Below, piece after piece: positions 37,820 to 50,295 of a stretch of 64,000 nucleotides of DNA (its first letter is position 1; each line of letters opens with the position of its first letter). A program made the position numbers and the translations under genes. The stretch is from the NCBI RefSeq assembly GCF_006345805.1, contig NC_043005.1, positions 1,488,001 through 1,552,000 on the forward strand, written 5' to 3'. The DNA is from Octopus sinensis. Taxonomy: Eukaryota. The notes beneath the pieces were generated by a model that worked only from the letters and a program-made list of their open reading frames with translations, was not told the origin of the DNA and did no database searches.

Positions 37820-38274
37820 TACATCCACATACATCCACACAAATGCACAACGTTAAGCTAAAAAAGAAATACCATTTTATGAAATTTAATTATTTCCCCC
37901 TTATCCCACCATCACCACCACCAAAGGATAGCGACTTCTACAAATACAATAGATTTTTTAAATTTAGTTTTTGTTTATTTAATGGAAAAATTCCGTTGTA
38001 TTAAATAGATTTGTGTTTGTTTCATGTCTCACATTGTTTGCAACCCTCAATAATATTGAATTGATGGTCATTCCTTTTAATGGCCAGTGTCAGTGGCAAC
38101 GGCAGCATCATCGCTGCTTGGAAGTAGTCTCTTAATCATTTGTTGCCAACGAGGTTTTATCAGTAATTTGTGCCCGTTCATCATAGAAAGAGGAGATGAA
38201 AATAATTTAATTGAATTCTTCAAAATCAAATTTATTGCCCCAAAACATGTGCGTGTGTGTGTGTGGTAGGAGAG

Positions 38275-38320
<46 letters not shown>

Positions 38321-39172
38321 GTGTGTGTGTGTGTGTGTGTGTCTATATATATCTTGCTAATACTTACTTTTATCACTTATTCTTGTTTAATGAAAACTGC
38401 TGGGGATTTGTATATATTTTTGTATATTTTCCGTGTTTAACATTTGATCCCATCCCCCCTCCCACTCCCCACTTCCAATAATTTCTAAATATATTTAAAG
38501 CAAGATTTGTCCAATTTCAATGCGGATCACATTTGATTTGGTTAATTTTTTCCTTTTTTTATCAATTCTTTTTGTTTTGTTTTAACCTCATCCTTCCTGT
38601 ATTTCACAATTATATGAGATGGACAGACTTGCCAAAAAGATGCTCCACCAATCTCTTCTTCAGTTATTCCTTCCTATGGTCTTCACGTCAACATTGATTC
38701 TTGGTTGGTTCCTTCTTGCTTCCTTCTCTGTTCTAATTCTACCATTTAGGCAAGAAACCATCACAAGTCAACCAAGATAAAGTGACAGACTCTGGAATGA
38801 AGACAACTAGTTATTGGTACTTGTTTCATAAGATTCTGAACAACTTCTACACCATTTCCTTGAAAACCAAACCTAAAACGCATCTTTGAGAAATGGATAA
38901 AAGACAGCCATCCTCCCGGATAGTAAACCATCCTCACTTCACCCTGCTATTGGGAAAATGTGGAGACTATTCCCAATTGCTAAGTGAAACGAGGCATGTA
39001 GAATTAACTGTTCTGTCCAAATACAGCAACAAAACTTGCAGTGGGTTTGAACTTAGGATCTTTATATTTGTCATTCATTCTCTTTTCCCAAGCAGCAACA
39101 TAGACACTATTTCCCCCTCTCTTTAATTATACTTGTCACACAGCCTTCCTCTTTTTACTTTTTCAGTTCAGA

Positions 39173-39203
<31 letters not shown>

Positions 39204-41374
39204 TGCATGCACACACACACACACCAGATCCAGTTCTATACGTCCTGTAATGTTGCTGCCAGAATCGGTAGAGCATCAGCGAAAACATTCCATGCCATTG
39301 CTTTCAGCCAAGTTCTACTTTATCTTTCATCTTTCTGACATCAACAAAAGCAGGACCAGAATCTACATAGCTGACTATATTCTAAATAATGGTGCCCCAG
39401 CATGGCCGACACCATCTTTCTGTTTCCTTTGAAATCAATTCGGATGATTTGATTAGTGATAAATACATTTGATCAGGAAAGATTAAACAATTGAGACTTT
39501 ATTGTAATTGAACAGAAGATAAATATACACACAGAAGTGTATATACACTTGTGCATGTGTGATGAATACGTACAGAGTGTATGTACATGTGTGTACTGCC
39601 ATGTGTGTACTGCCATGTGTGTATTGTATGTATGTTACACATACAAAACAGATTTCAAGCTTTGCTGGATGCAATTTACACTCAATTAGATATAAGTGAA
39701 AATTTGAGATTATCTCTTTCAGTTAATTAATCTGGCTAATCCTTCAGAAATTACATCTGTAAACAACTGTAAAACTATTATCTAAACAGCCACACCGATA
39801 AAAGTAGGGAGAAAGGGAAAGTGTATACCTAGCAGATGGCATTCAGTTAACCCATGGACAAACTATTTGTTCTCCTCCGCAATGGCTTTTGTGAGTGGGT
39901 GGAGGCTTTGTCGGAATTTGAAATTAAGTTTTTACATTTATCTTTTATTCTTAAATTCCACTTAATTTGTGTTGAAATTCAGGAAGTTTTTAATTCACTG
40001 AAAAGACATTATTTGTTCGTGATTGTTTCTTTGTTTAACTTTGGAAAGATGCTGCAACAGTCTCTGGTCATGCTGCTACCAGTCGTTGTTGTTGTTGTTG
40101 TTGTTGTTGGTACACATCGACTTGAAATAAGAGATAACTCATTTTGATGGCAACAGTAATTCTAATAGGTCTTACAGGAGCAACCATTATTCAAGGCTGT
40201 CACCATTTATGATCTGTGACTCGGTTAATTCACTGGCAGCACCACCAATTTCAATCGTTATATATAAGTCTAGACATTACTCAGTGTTGCCAAAGTTTAT
40301 GGTTTGTGAATTGACATTAAAAGCTGCAGAAAAGAACTGACCCCTTCCACCCCAGCCATTAAACACAACTGTTACTAACAATGAAGTGTGAAAGAGTTAA
40401 CTTATTAACAGCACACACACACACACACACACTCTTTGACACAAGAATAGTGTTTTAGGGACTGGTACTCTGCTACCCACCACCTTCATCCGACACTCTT
40501 TCAATCCTTGACCTCCACCCCACCCCAAACATTGTTCTTTTCACTCCTCCACACCACCAGTCCACTTTCATTCCTCCTCTGGACCTATGTATAAAGACAC
40601 TACACTAGAGCACCACTTCCCTCTGCCTCCCTCATTCTTCACCAGACCCATCAGTCCACCCCACCCCCCATCCTATCACAAGGCTGATTATCCAAAAGAC
40701 TTCCTTGGATCATCCTCATGCCTCTGGAATTCCTTTCGATCACTGCAGCACCCTCACCTTCTTTGCCCTTCCCTGCAGCCAACCATCACACTTGCTCTCA
40801 ACATCAGGGCCACTTCTATTGCCAGCCATTACCTACTTTCCCCCTTATTCAATCACTCAAAGGAATGAGAGAGCAAGGCAGTTTCTCTGGGACTGGTGAC
40901 ACAAAATGTGTCCAGGACCCACCGTCAAGTGGTTGACAAATGAGCAGAGAATGAAGACGGTTCTAAGGCCCCTTTTGTATTGAAAATGTCCCCAGTATAT
41001 TGTGTAAAGTGGTTGGTGACAGGAAGAGCATCCAGCTGTAGAAATCTTGAGTCAAATGACTCATGATGCATGAAGTAACAGCAGCAGGAGCGACTCAGAC
41101 GTAACGAGTCAGAGAGGAACAACCTGTCCAATGCAGAAGGGCATAAAAAGGGGATGTAAAACAATGATGATGATGATGATGATGATATAAGCATGGCTGC
41201 ATGGTTAAGACATTTACTCCCCCCTCCTAACCACCCGATTCAGGCTTTAACCTCACAGCACAACACTTTGGGTAAATGTATTCCGTGATAGACTTAAGTT
41301 CGCCAACGATTGATTGATTGATTGACAGAAGTTGTGGAGAAACCTATCGTGTGTGTGTGTGTGTGTGTGTGTGA

Positions 41375-41690
41375 AGGCAGATGAGTCAGTGGTTCCAATG
41401 TTCAACTCAAGATCATAGAGTCAGGAGTTCAATACCTGGTGGTGCACTGTTCTCTTAAGCAAGTCACTTCATTTCACATTGTTCCGGTCTGCTCAGCTGG
41501 CAAAAATGAGTTGTACCTGTAACGCAAACGGCTGGCTTGGTCACATTCAGCATCAAGTTCAATCTCCCCATGAGCTATGTTAAGGATATGCGTGTTTGTG
41601 GAGTACTCAGCCACTTGCAAGTTAACTTTATGAGGAGGCTGTTCTGCTGATTGGATCAACTGGAAACCTCATCAGTGTAACCAAAGCAGG
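41375..41690 (+). mobile_element. SINE family B copy
   Basis: GAGTTCAATACC B box. Body matches 18862-19170. Confidence 0.7.
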
Positions 41691-41734
41691 GCCAACAGGC
41701 TCAGGAAACCGATTCCATCACACGCCAGCGGGGA

Positions 41735-42743
41735 GTTGATAGCTTCCGTTACCTGGGTGACCAAGTCTGTAGTGGGGGTGGATGCTCAGACAGTGTTACC
41801 ACTAGAATAAGAATAGCCTGAGCAAAGTTCAGAAAGCTTCTATCCCTACTGGTGATAAAGGGTCTCTCGCTCAGAGTGAAAAGTAGATTGTACGATGAAT
41901 GTGTGTGAACTGCCATGCTTCATGGCAGTGAAACATGGGACGTGACTGCTGAAGACATGCGCAGCTTGAAAGAAATGAAGCTACCATGATTCACTGGATG
42001 TGTAATGTCAGTGTGCATGCATGACAGAATGTAAGCGCCCTGAGAGAAAAGTTGGGCATACGAAGCATCAGCTGGAGTGTGCAAGAGAGATGACTGCAAT
42101 GGTATGGTGATGTACAATGTATGGATGAGGAGAGCAGTGTGAAGAAGTGCCACTCCCAAACAGTGGAAGGAATCCGGGGTAGAGGGAGACCCAGGAAGAC
42201 ATGGGATGAGGTGGTGAAGCATGACCATATGTTGGGCGTCACAGAGGCAATGACAAAAGGCCGAGACCTCTGGAGATATGCTGTGACTTCAAAGACCCGA
42301 CAAATGAAGTGAGTTCACAGCTGTAACCTACACCAGTGTTGCATAACCAACCAACTCAAACGTACCTTGGATTGTAGGGCAACATGCCATGCTTGAGGTG
42401 ACCTATTGAGTCAAGTACATCAGCATCAAATGGAAATTGTAGTTGTGATCCCCATGCCAGTGGCACATGAAAAGCACCATCCGAATGTGGCCAATGCCAG
42501 CCCCGCTTTGGCTGGCTTCCGTGCCAGTGGCATGTAAAAAGCACCATCCAATCATGGTCGATGCCAGCCCCATCTGGCCCCTGTGCTGGTGGCATGTAAA
42601 AAAGCACCCACTACACTCTCAGAGTGGTTGGCATTAGGAAGGGCATCCAGCTGTAGAAACACTGCCAGATCAAACCTCACTCAAACTGTCCAACCCATAC
42701 CAGCATGGAATACGGACGTTAAATGATGATGATGATGGTGATG
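41735..42743 (+). mobile_element. RTE LINE 3' fragment (older copy)
   Basis: VDSFRYLGD and RGRGRPRKTWDEVVKHD, three 3' UTR hairpin units, (GAT)n tail. Confidence 0.9.
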
Positions 42744-42745
42744 TA

Positions 42746-44019
42746 CAGGGGTTGGACAAAATAATGGAAACACCTAGCATCATAGCATCATAATTTTAAG
42801 ATATCTATAGAACCATCAAAAGCTTGTTTATTTTTATATTTTTTGATTTATTATTAGTGTTGTTTAATATGTTTTGCTAAAATTGCTGTTTCTTTTCAGA
42901 TATCATCAGAAGAAGGTAATTAATATTCATAAAAATGACAGATCTATCAGACTTTCAAAAAGGTCAGATTGTTGGTGCTTGTATGGCAGGTGCTAGCGTA
43001 ATGAAAACAGCCGGAATGTTTGGTATATCAAGAAGTACTGTCTCAAAAGTAATGACAGCCTTTGAGAAAGAGGGAAAAACCTCCTCGTCAAAACAAAACT
43101 CCGGAAGAAAACCAAAACTTTCAGATAGGGACTGTCAGACTCTTACGTGAGCTGTTAGAAAGGATTGCAAAAGTACAGCTCCCAAAATTACTGCAGAGCT
43201 TGATGACCACCTCGAGAAGCCAGTTTCCACAAAAACTGTTCACTGGGAGCTGCATAAAGCTGGATTTCACAGCAGGGCTGCAATCAGAAAACCACTACTT
43301 TTAAAAACAAATGTTGCAAAACATTCCCTAGAGCAGTGGAAGAATGTTATTTTCTCAGACGAGTCATCCTTTACCTTATTTTCAACAACCGGCTGAGTAT
43401 ACATGTGGAGACAGCCAAAAGAAGTATTTGATCCAGACTGCTTTCTTCCAGCTGTTAAACATGGAGGAGGATCTGTGATGATCTGGGGGGGGGGGCTATA
43501 TCTTGGAAATCTGCCAGCCCAATGGTTTCTCTTCATGGCAGAATTAATAGTCAAGACTATTGAAGCATTTTATCTGATCAAATTCATCCTATGGTTGCAG
43601 AACTGTTTCCGGAGGGAAATGCAATTTTTTAGGATGATAATGCACCAATTCACACAGCTAAAGTTGTTACTGAATGACACAAGGAACATTCTAGTGAAGT
43701 TGAACATTACAGGCCATTACTAGTGAAGTTGAACATTACTGGCCATTACAGTCCCCAGATCTCAATATTATTGAACATTTATGGCGCAGTTTAGAAAAAC
43801 AAGTAAGGAGTCGATATCCTCCACAATCATCACTACAAGAACTGGAGAGTGTTTTAGCTGAAGAATGAACTAAAAATCCTTTGGAAACAATTCAAACTTT
43901 GTACAAGTCCATACCTCATAGAATTCAAGGTGTAATTACTGCCAAAGGTGGTCCTACCCCATATTGAAATATATTTGTTTGAAATTTTAAGGTGTTTTCA
44001 TTATTTTGTCCAACCCATG
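42746..44019 (+). mobile_element. Full-length but inactivated Tc1-family DNA transposon
   Basis: 30-bp TIRs CAGGGGTTGGACAAAATAATGGAAACACCT / AGGTGTTTTCATTATTTTGTCCAACCCATG and a TA TSD. Transposase 42935-43967 has an HTH, VIFSDES, KHGGGSVMIWG, DDNAPIH, SPDLNIIEHLW and GGPTPY*, with stops and frameshifts. Confidence 0.95.
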
Positions 44020-44140
44020 TATGTATGTGTGTATGTATGTACGTACATATGTATGTATGCATGTATGTATAGATTATTTGAAGTAACATAGAGATTTTAT
44101 AGATTAAGAAAAAGGTGGGAGGGTCTTCTTAATATTTCTA

Positions 44141-44310
44141 TCATCATCTAACATCTGCCTGCAATGCTGGTATGGGTTGGATGCTCTGAAGGGTCCAATG
44201 GGTCTGCAGACTGAGTCATGCTCCAAAGTCAGTTTTGGCATGATTCCTATGGCTGGATGCCCTTTCTAATGCCAACCACTTTACAGAGTGTGCTGAGTGC
44301 TTTTTTTCAT
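44141..44310 (-). mobile_element. Old RTE-type 3' end fragment
   Basis: TGGGTTGGATG...GGCTGGATGCCCTTTCTAATGCCAACCACT is the reverse complement of the RTE terminal region. Confidence 0.7.
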
Positions 44311-46547
44311 GGTACCAGCCCTGATGAAGTTGTGGCTGGCAAGGTCAAGATCCTTACTGATAGGGGAGGGGCTACAGTAGAACTGAAGGTGGCTTTCTGC
44401 AAGGTTATGAAAGGTTAGAATATGAAAGTAGAGACTGGGGGGAACAGGTTTCTTGCTGTTAAGGAGACTACACAGGGTGGGTGGAAGCGATTAGCATGGA
44501 GAGCAGAAAAGAGAGATAATGATGGCAGTGACAAGGGTCGGCATGGGCCCCTGGAGGGGTGGAAAGGGGAAGATTGGCTGGGTAGCAACTGTGGATGGTT
44601 AGAGATGGGGTAGAGGAGTACACATAGTAAATGATGAACAAAAAGATGAGGGGCAGTGCAAGGGATTGATAATAAATATGACTTGGAAGAAAGATGGGGG
44701 AGAGCAGAAGGGGATTAGAAATTGGAAAGGGTTTAGGGGTAAATGTAGTGAATGGTGGAGGGGTAATTAATGATATGAGGTGGGGAGTAGGTGTTGATTG
44801 GAAACACAGGAGGGTTAAATATACTGAGGTAAAAGAATGATGCCATGTAAAACAAGAACATAGCTGTTCAACAAATGAAGATCAATAAAATAAATACTGG
44901 AGTCAGCAGGATCCCCTAAAAACTTTTGAGGGTGTTGCCCCAGTTTGGCTGCAATCATAAAAGAATATTTGTCTCCATATTATAGGATTTACTCATTTAA
45001 TGCCCACTTTTTTATGCTAGAATTAGTTAAAGGGGGACTAATTTGCAGCAGGATTATTATGGCCAGGGGCTTCTCCTTATCTGTTTTACAAGTAAGAGAT
45101 TTTTGCTTTATGTCCACAGGTCTTCAAAAGCATAGAGCGCTTGGTTGTAAGGTAAACAAAGAATGGACCACAAAGTAGGATTGAACCAAAAGCCAAATGG
45201 TTGCAAAGCGAGCTTCTTCACCACACAACCACGCCCACATCTCTGGTCATGCATGCGCTTGTGCATGCATGTGCGTGCCAGAAGGAGAGGCACACCATAT
45301 AGAGTTGCCAATCCCTGCAAGTTGACTTCCAGTGCACAACATTTATTTCAGTCAGACTGATTTCTGTGATGTGATTCACCCTCCATTGTTTCTGAGCGTT
45401 AATTCAGTGCCGGCCAAGCTAAACTGACATCTTATAATCTGTTTCCTATATTCTAAAAGGATTCCATGATAAAGGTAAGATTTTTATGTTTCATCTTCTT
45501 TGCAAGATCGAGATGTTCCATAAAAAAAAAAAGAAAGACAAAAAAGGCAATGAAAATTTACAAAAGATTTCTCGTAAGATTAAAAAAATTTTTTTTGAGA
45601 ATTTTTCAAGTTGCCAAAATCTTAAAATGAAAATCAACTCAACATCCCTAATTATATATTGATAAAAACCACTAATTAGGGTTTCTGAAATGCAAACTGT
45701 ATGTTCCAGTTGTGATAAGAAAAGTAATGATTTCTCAGGTAGCTGTGGGGACTTATTTTTCTGCTGTTAATACAATAATCAAGTGAGTTGATAAGAAAAG
45801 CAAGAAAACTGTTAATCTAAAAAGATATTTCTATTTTATTTATTTATTTAATCAATTATTATTGCTTTCTTTTCGAGGTCTTAACTGACAACAGATAAAC
45901 CCAGAAATATACAGAAATGCAGGAATATTTCCAAATTCAAACAATCTCCTGTAGAACTGTAAAACCATAAATACACACACACATGTAGACAAACCAAGTA
46001 GGAAGCATTAGGACTGCTCAATCTCATAGAAATGGTAACCCAATCTTTGTCAAAACATACTCAATACTCTTGAAAAGAGGAGTGCACATGGTACAATGTA
46101 GTTGTTGACTTATAACAGAAGGCTAGAATGGAATGGTCAAAACTGCAATGCCACTAACCCTGGCCCCTCTACTCACAACTTGTTTTATAATGTGAGGCCA
46201 TTAAAACTGGACGTTTATCAGAAGAGCTGAGTCTGGTGTGAGTAAGTTAGCAAAAGTGAAATGCAAGAGGAGCCGGCTGTTTGTGCTTTCTTTGACTCCA
46301 GAGAGAATTTCCCTTCACGCTAATGTCATTCATACTGCTGCTGGGGGGGGGGGGGGGGATCAAAAGAAAGAAAAGCAAAGACGCTGCATTGTTGTGTATA
46401 GTTTGCCTCACCACTTCTCTCTTCTGAAATAAAATACCTGGAATATAAATATGAAACAGTTACAAGAAATTATCTCTGGATAACTGTTCCGTGTGAATAT
46501 CCTGCAAGGTTTGATGGATGGACGAACAAAGTAACTGGAGGAATCCT

Positions 46548-47735
46548 TGGCATAGTTGGAAAATTGGGAGAATGGCTTCATGACTTTCTGAAGAATAGAA
46601 GTCAGGTGGTAGTAGCCAATGGGGCCACTTCCATTAACACGCAAATAGTGCGCGGTGTTCCGCAGGGCACTGTTTTGGGACCACTACTGTTCATAATGGC
46701 CCTCTCAGACATGCCCTCAGCCACGCAGAGAGCCACGATCACAAGTTATGCAGATGATACAAAAGTTTCACAGGCAATACAGAACCCTGAAGACACTAAG
46801 CACCTGCAATGTGAGCTGGACAAAATATACAAGTGGGCTGAAAAGAATAGCATGCAGTTCAATGCTGAAAAGTTTCAAGCTTTATGCTATCAGCATGCAA
46901 AACTGAATGCAATACCCAATGAATACACTGGACCTGGAGGGATTGCAATCCCAGAGGCACAATCAGTGCGTGACCTGGGTATCCACATGAGTGATGACGT
47001 GACCTTTCATGTACATGTTGCTAAACTGGCAATGAAATGTAGACGTCTGGCCGGATGGATTCTTAGAACCTTTAGAACAAGAGAACAAGAAACCATGATG
47101 GTCCTCTGGAAGACACTTGTCCTAAGCCACTTTGACTATTGCTCTCAGCTATGGTCACCATCCAGTGTCAAGTTGATCACAGAACTTGAGGTGATCCAAC
47201 GAAGCTACATGAAGAAGATAGCCTCTGTGCAGCATATAAGCTACTGGGAAAGACTCAAGAGATTAAAACTCTATTCCTTGGAGCGTAGGCGAGAAAGATA
47301 TGCCATAATATATATCTGGAAAGACTTGTCCCAAACTTTGGCATCGAGAGTCACACAAATGCCAGAACCGGGTGCCACTGCATGGTACCAAGGATTCCAA
47401 ATTTGCCATCAAGATGTAGGACAAGATACTGTGATAGCCTGGGCTTCAGAGGTCCACAGCTCTTCAATATCCTTCTGAAGAACCTAACAGACCTGCATGG
47501 GGTGGATGCAGATGTCTTTAAAATGAAACTGGATCTCTTCTTGTCAGGTATCCCAGATGAATCAACTTCACGGCAGGAGGTGCAGATGAGGGCAGCTGCA
47601 TCGAACTCTCTCATGCACCAAATGGCAGTTGCTAAAAAGCATTCGTGAAGTAAAACCATGTAGCAACACCAAAAGGCGGTGCCCCAGCATGGCCACAGCT
47701 CGTGAGCTGAAACTAGAATCAATCAATCAATCAAT
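46548..47735 (+). mobile_element. CR1/L2-group LINE (family X), 5'-truncated, (AATC)n tail
   Basis: GVPQGTVLGPLLF, SYADDTKV, VRDLGI, DYCSQLWSP and LYSLERRRERY. 3' stem-loop CAGCT-CGTG-AGCTG followed by AAAC and (AATC)4. Confidence 0.93.
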
Positions 47736-47795
47736 ATATACATATATATACATACATATATATATATACATACATATATATATACATATATATAT

Positions 47796-47840
<45 letters not shown>

Positions 47841-47935
47841 CATACATATATATACATATATATATACATATATATATATATACATATATATATACATATA
47901 TATATACATATATATATATATACATATACATATAC

Positions 47936-47974
<39 letters not shown>

Positions 47975-47986
47975 CATACATATATG

Positions 47987-48137
47987 CGTTGGCGTTAGGA
48001 AGGGCATCCAGCTGTAGAAACACTGCCAGATCTGACTGGCCTGGTGCAGCCTTCGGGTTTGCCAGACCCCAGTTGAACCGTCCAACCCATGCTAGCATGG
48101 AAAGCGGACGTTAAACGATGATGATGATGATGATGAT
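47987..48137 (+). mobile_element. RTE LINE terminal 150 bp inside the microsatellite
   Basis: GTTGGCGTTAGGAAGGGCATCCAGC...CCATGCTAGCATGG...(GAT)n. Confidence 0.9.
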
Positions 48138-48366
48138 ACATATATATATATATATATATATACATACATATAAATACATATATATACATACATACATACA
48201 TATATATATATAAATACATATATATATATAAATACATATATATATATAAATACATATATATATATAAATACATATATATATAAATACATACATATATATA
48301 AATACATATATATATATAAATACATATATATATATACATATATATATATACATACATATATATATA

Positions 48367-49409
48367 TACTTTGAAATACTTTGAAAGGTTTCGGCCATTA
48401 TTGGCCCAGGCCATGTCTAACTTAATAGCACCACCTGGTGAAGTCTTTCAAGTCAGAATTTGGGCACTATGGCCCACTCAAGTAGAGAGTTATTGTTTAC
48501 AGAGACATATCCGGGTGTAGGGGGTTTATCCGGGATTTCTTGAAGGAATCTGTCCAAAGACTTCTTGAACCCTATAGGGTCAGTTTCTGTTTTAATGTGT
48601 TTTGGTGTAATGTTAAAGAGAGCGGGGCCAATTGAGGTGAAATAATTGTGCCGTATTGTTGTTATGAGATGAGAGTGCGATTTTTGCTTTGGGCGGATGG
48701 CACGGGGCCCAAGCCTTGGATGTACCCTAAAGGTGATGCCAACATCATTTGGGCAATGCTGATGGAATATTTTCCACATCATGCAGATGATGTAGCGCTC
48801 ACGACGACGTTGGAGAGAATAAAGTTTTAGCTTTTCTAGTCGACCCCAATAGTCGAGGCCTGTCATGCCATCTATCTTTTTTGTGATTGCCCTTTGAGGT
48901 GCTTCAACTTTTATGATACCTTGTATTGTGGGGAGACCACAGTGGACAACAGTATTCAAGGGGGGGTCGGGCAAAAGTGGAGAAGAGAAGGATAATGGTG
49001 TGGATATCTCTCGACTGGAAAGTTCTGAGAATCCAGGAACACATTCTGCGGGCCATGTCAACTTTGGTGTTTATATGAGTGGCCCAGCTTACGTTGTTGT
49101 CCACAATTACTCCCAGTCTCTGATGTTGTTGGACGCCGCGAGAGTTTCACACCTGAAGGAAGGGAGTATGGGAGTTTCAGGGCATCCTCTTTTCCAAAGT
49201 GGATTAACTCAAATTATCCTCGTTCAGCAGCATATTGTTTTTTTCTGCCCATTGGATAACAGCCAGTAGATCTGACTGAAGGCATGTCCGGTCACTCGCC
49301 TCATTTATGACCTTCTGTAGCTTGGAGTCATCTGCAAAGATTTTTATGTTGCTGTGCTTGATGATGTCATTAATGTCATTAATGTAAATGATGAAAAGAA
49401 GTGGGCCCA
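48367..49409 (-). mobile_element. CR1/L2-group LINE (family Y), short 5'-truncated copy
   Basis: Near-identical reverse complement of 51460-52509. Includes [19 protein letters not shown] and LYSLQRRRERY. Confidence 0.95.
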
Positions 49410-49536
49410 TATACATATATATACATACATATATATATATATATATACATACATATATATATATATATATACATACATATATATATATATATATATACAT
49501 ACATATACATACATATATATACATACATATACATAC

Positions 49537-49580
<44 letters not shown>

Positions 49581-49766
49581 GTATATATATACATACATAT
49601 ATATATATACATACATATATATATATACATACATATATATATATATATACATACATATATATATATATATACATACATATATATATACATACATACATAT
49701 ATATATACATACATACATATATATATACATACATACATATATATATACATACATACATATATATAC

Positions 49767-49799
<33 letters not shown>

Positions 49800-49830
49800 C
49801 ATACATATATATATACATACGTATATATAC

Positions 49831-49870
<40 letters not shown>

Positions 49871-49880
49871 GTATATATAC

Positions 49881-50019
<139 letters not shown>

Positions 50020-50167
50020 CATACATACATACATATACATAATACGACATACACATACATACATACACATATATACATACACATACATACATACACATAT
50101 ACATACATATATAATACATATATATACATCATATATATACATACATATATATATACATAACATACCG

Positions 50168-50225
<58 letters not shown>

Positions 50226-50260
50226 CATATACATACATATATATACATACATACATATAC

Positions 50261-50291
<31 letters not shown>

Positions 50292-50295
50292 CATA

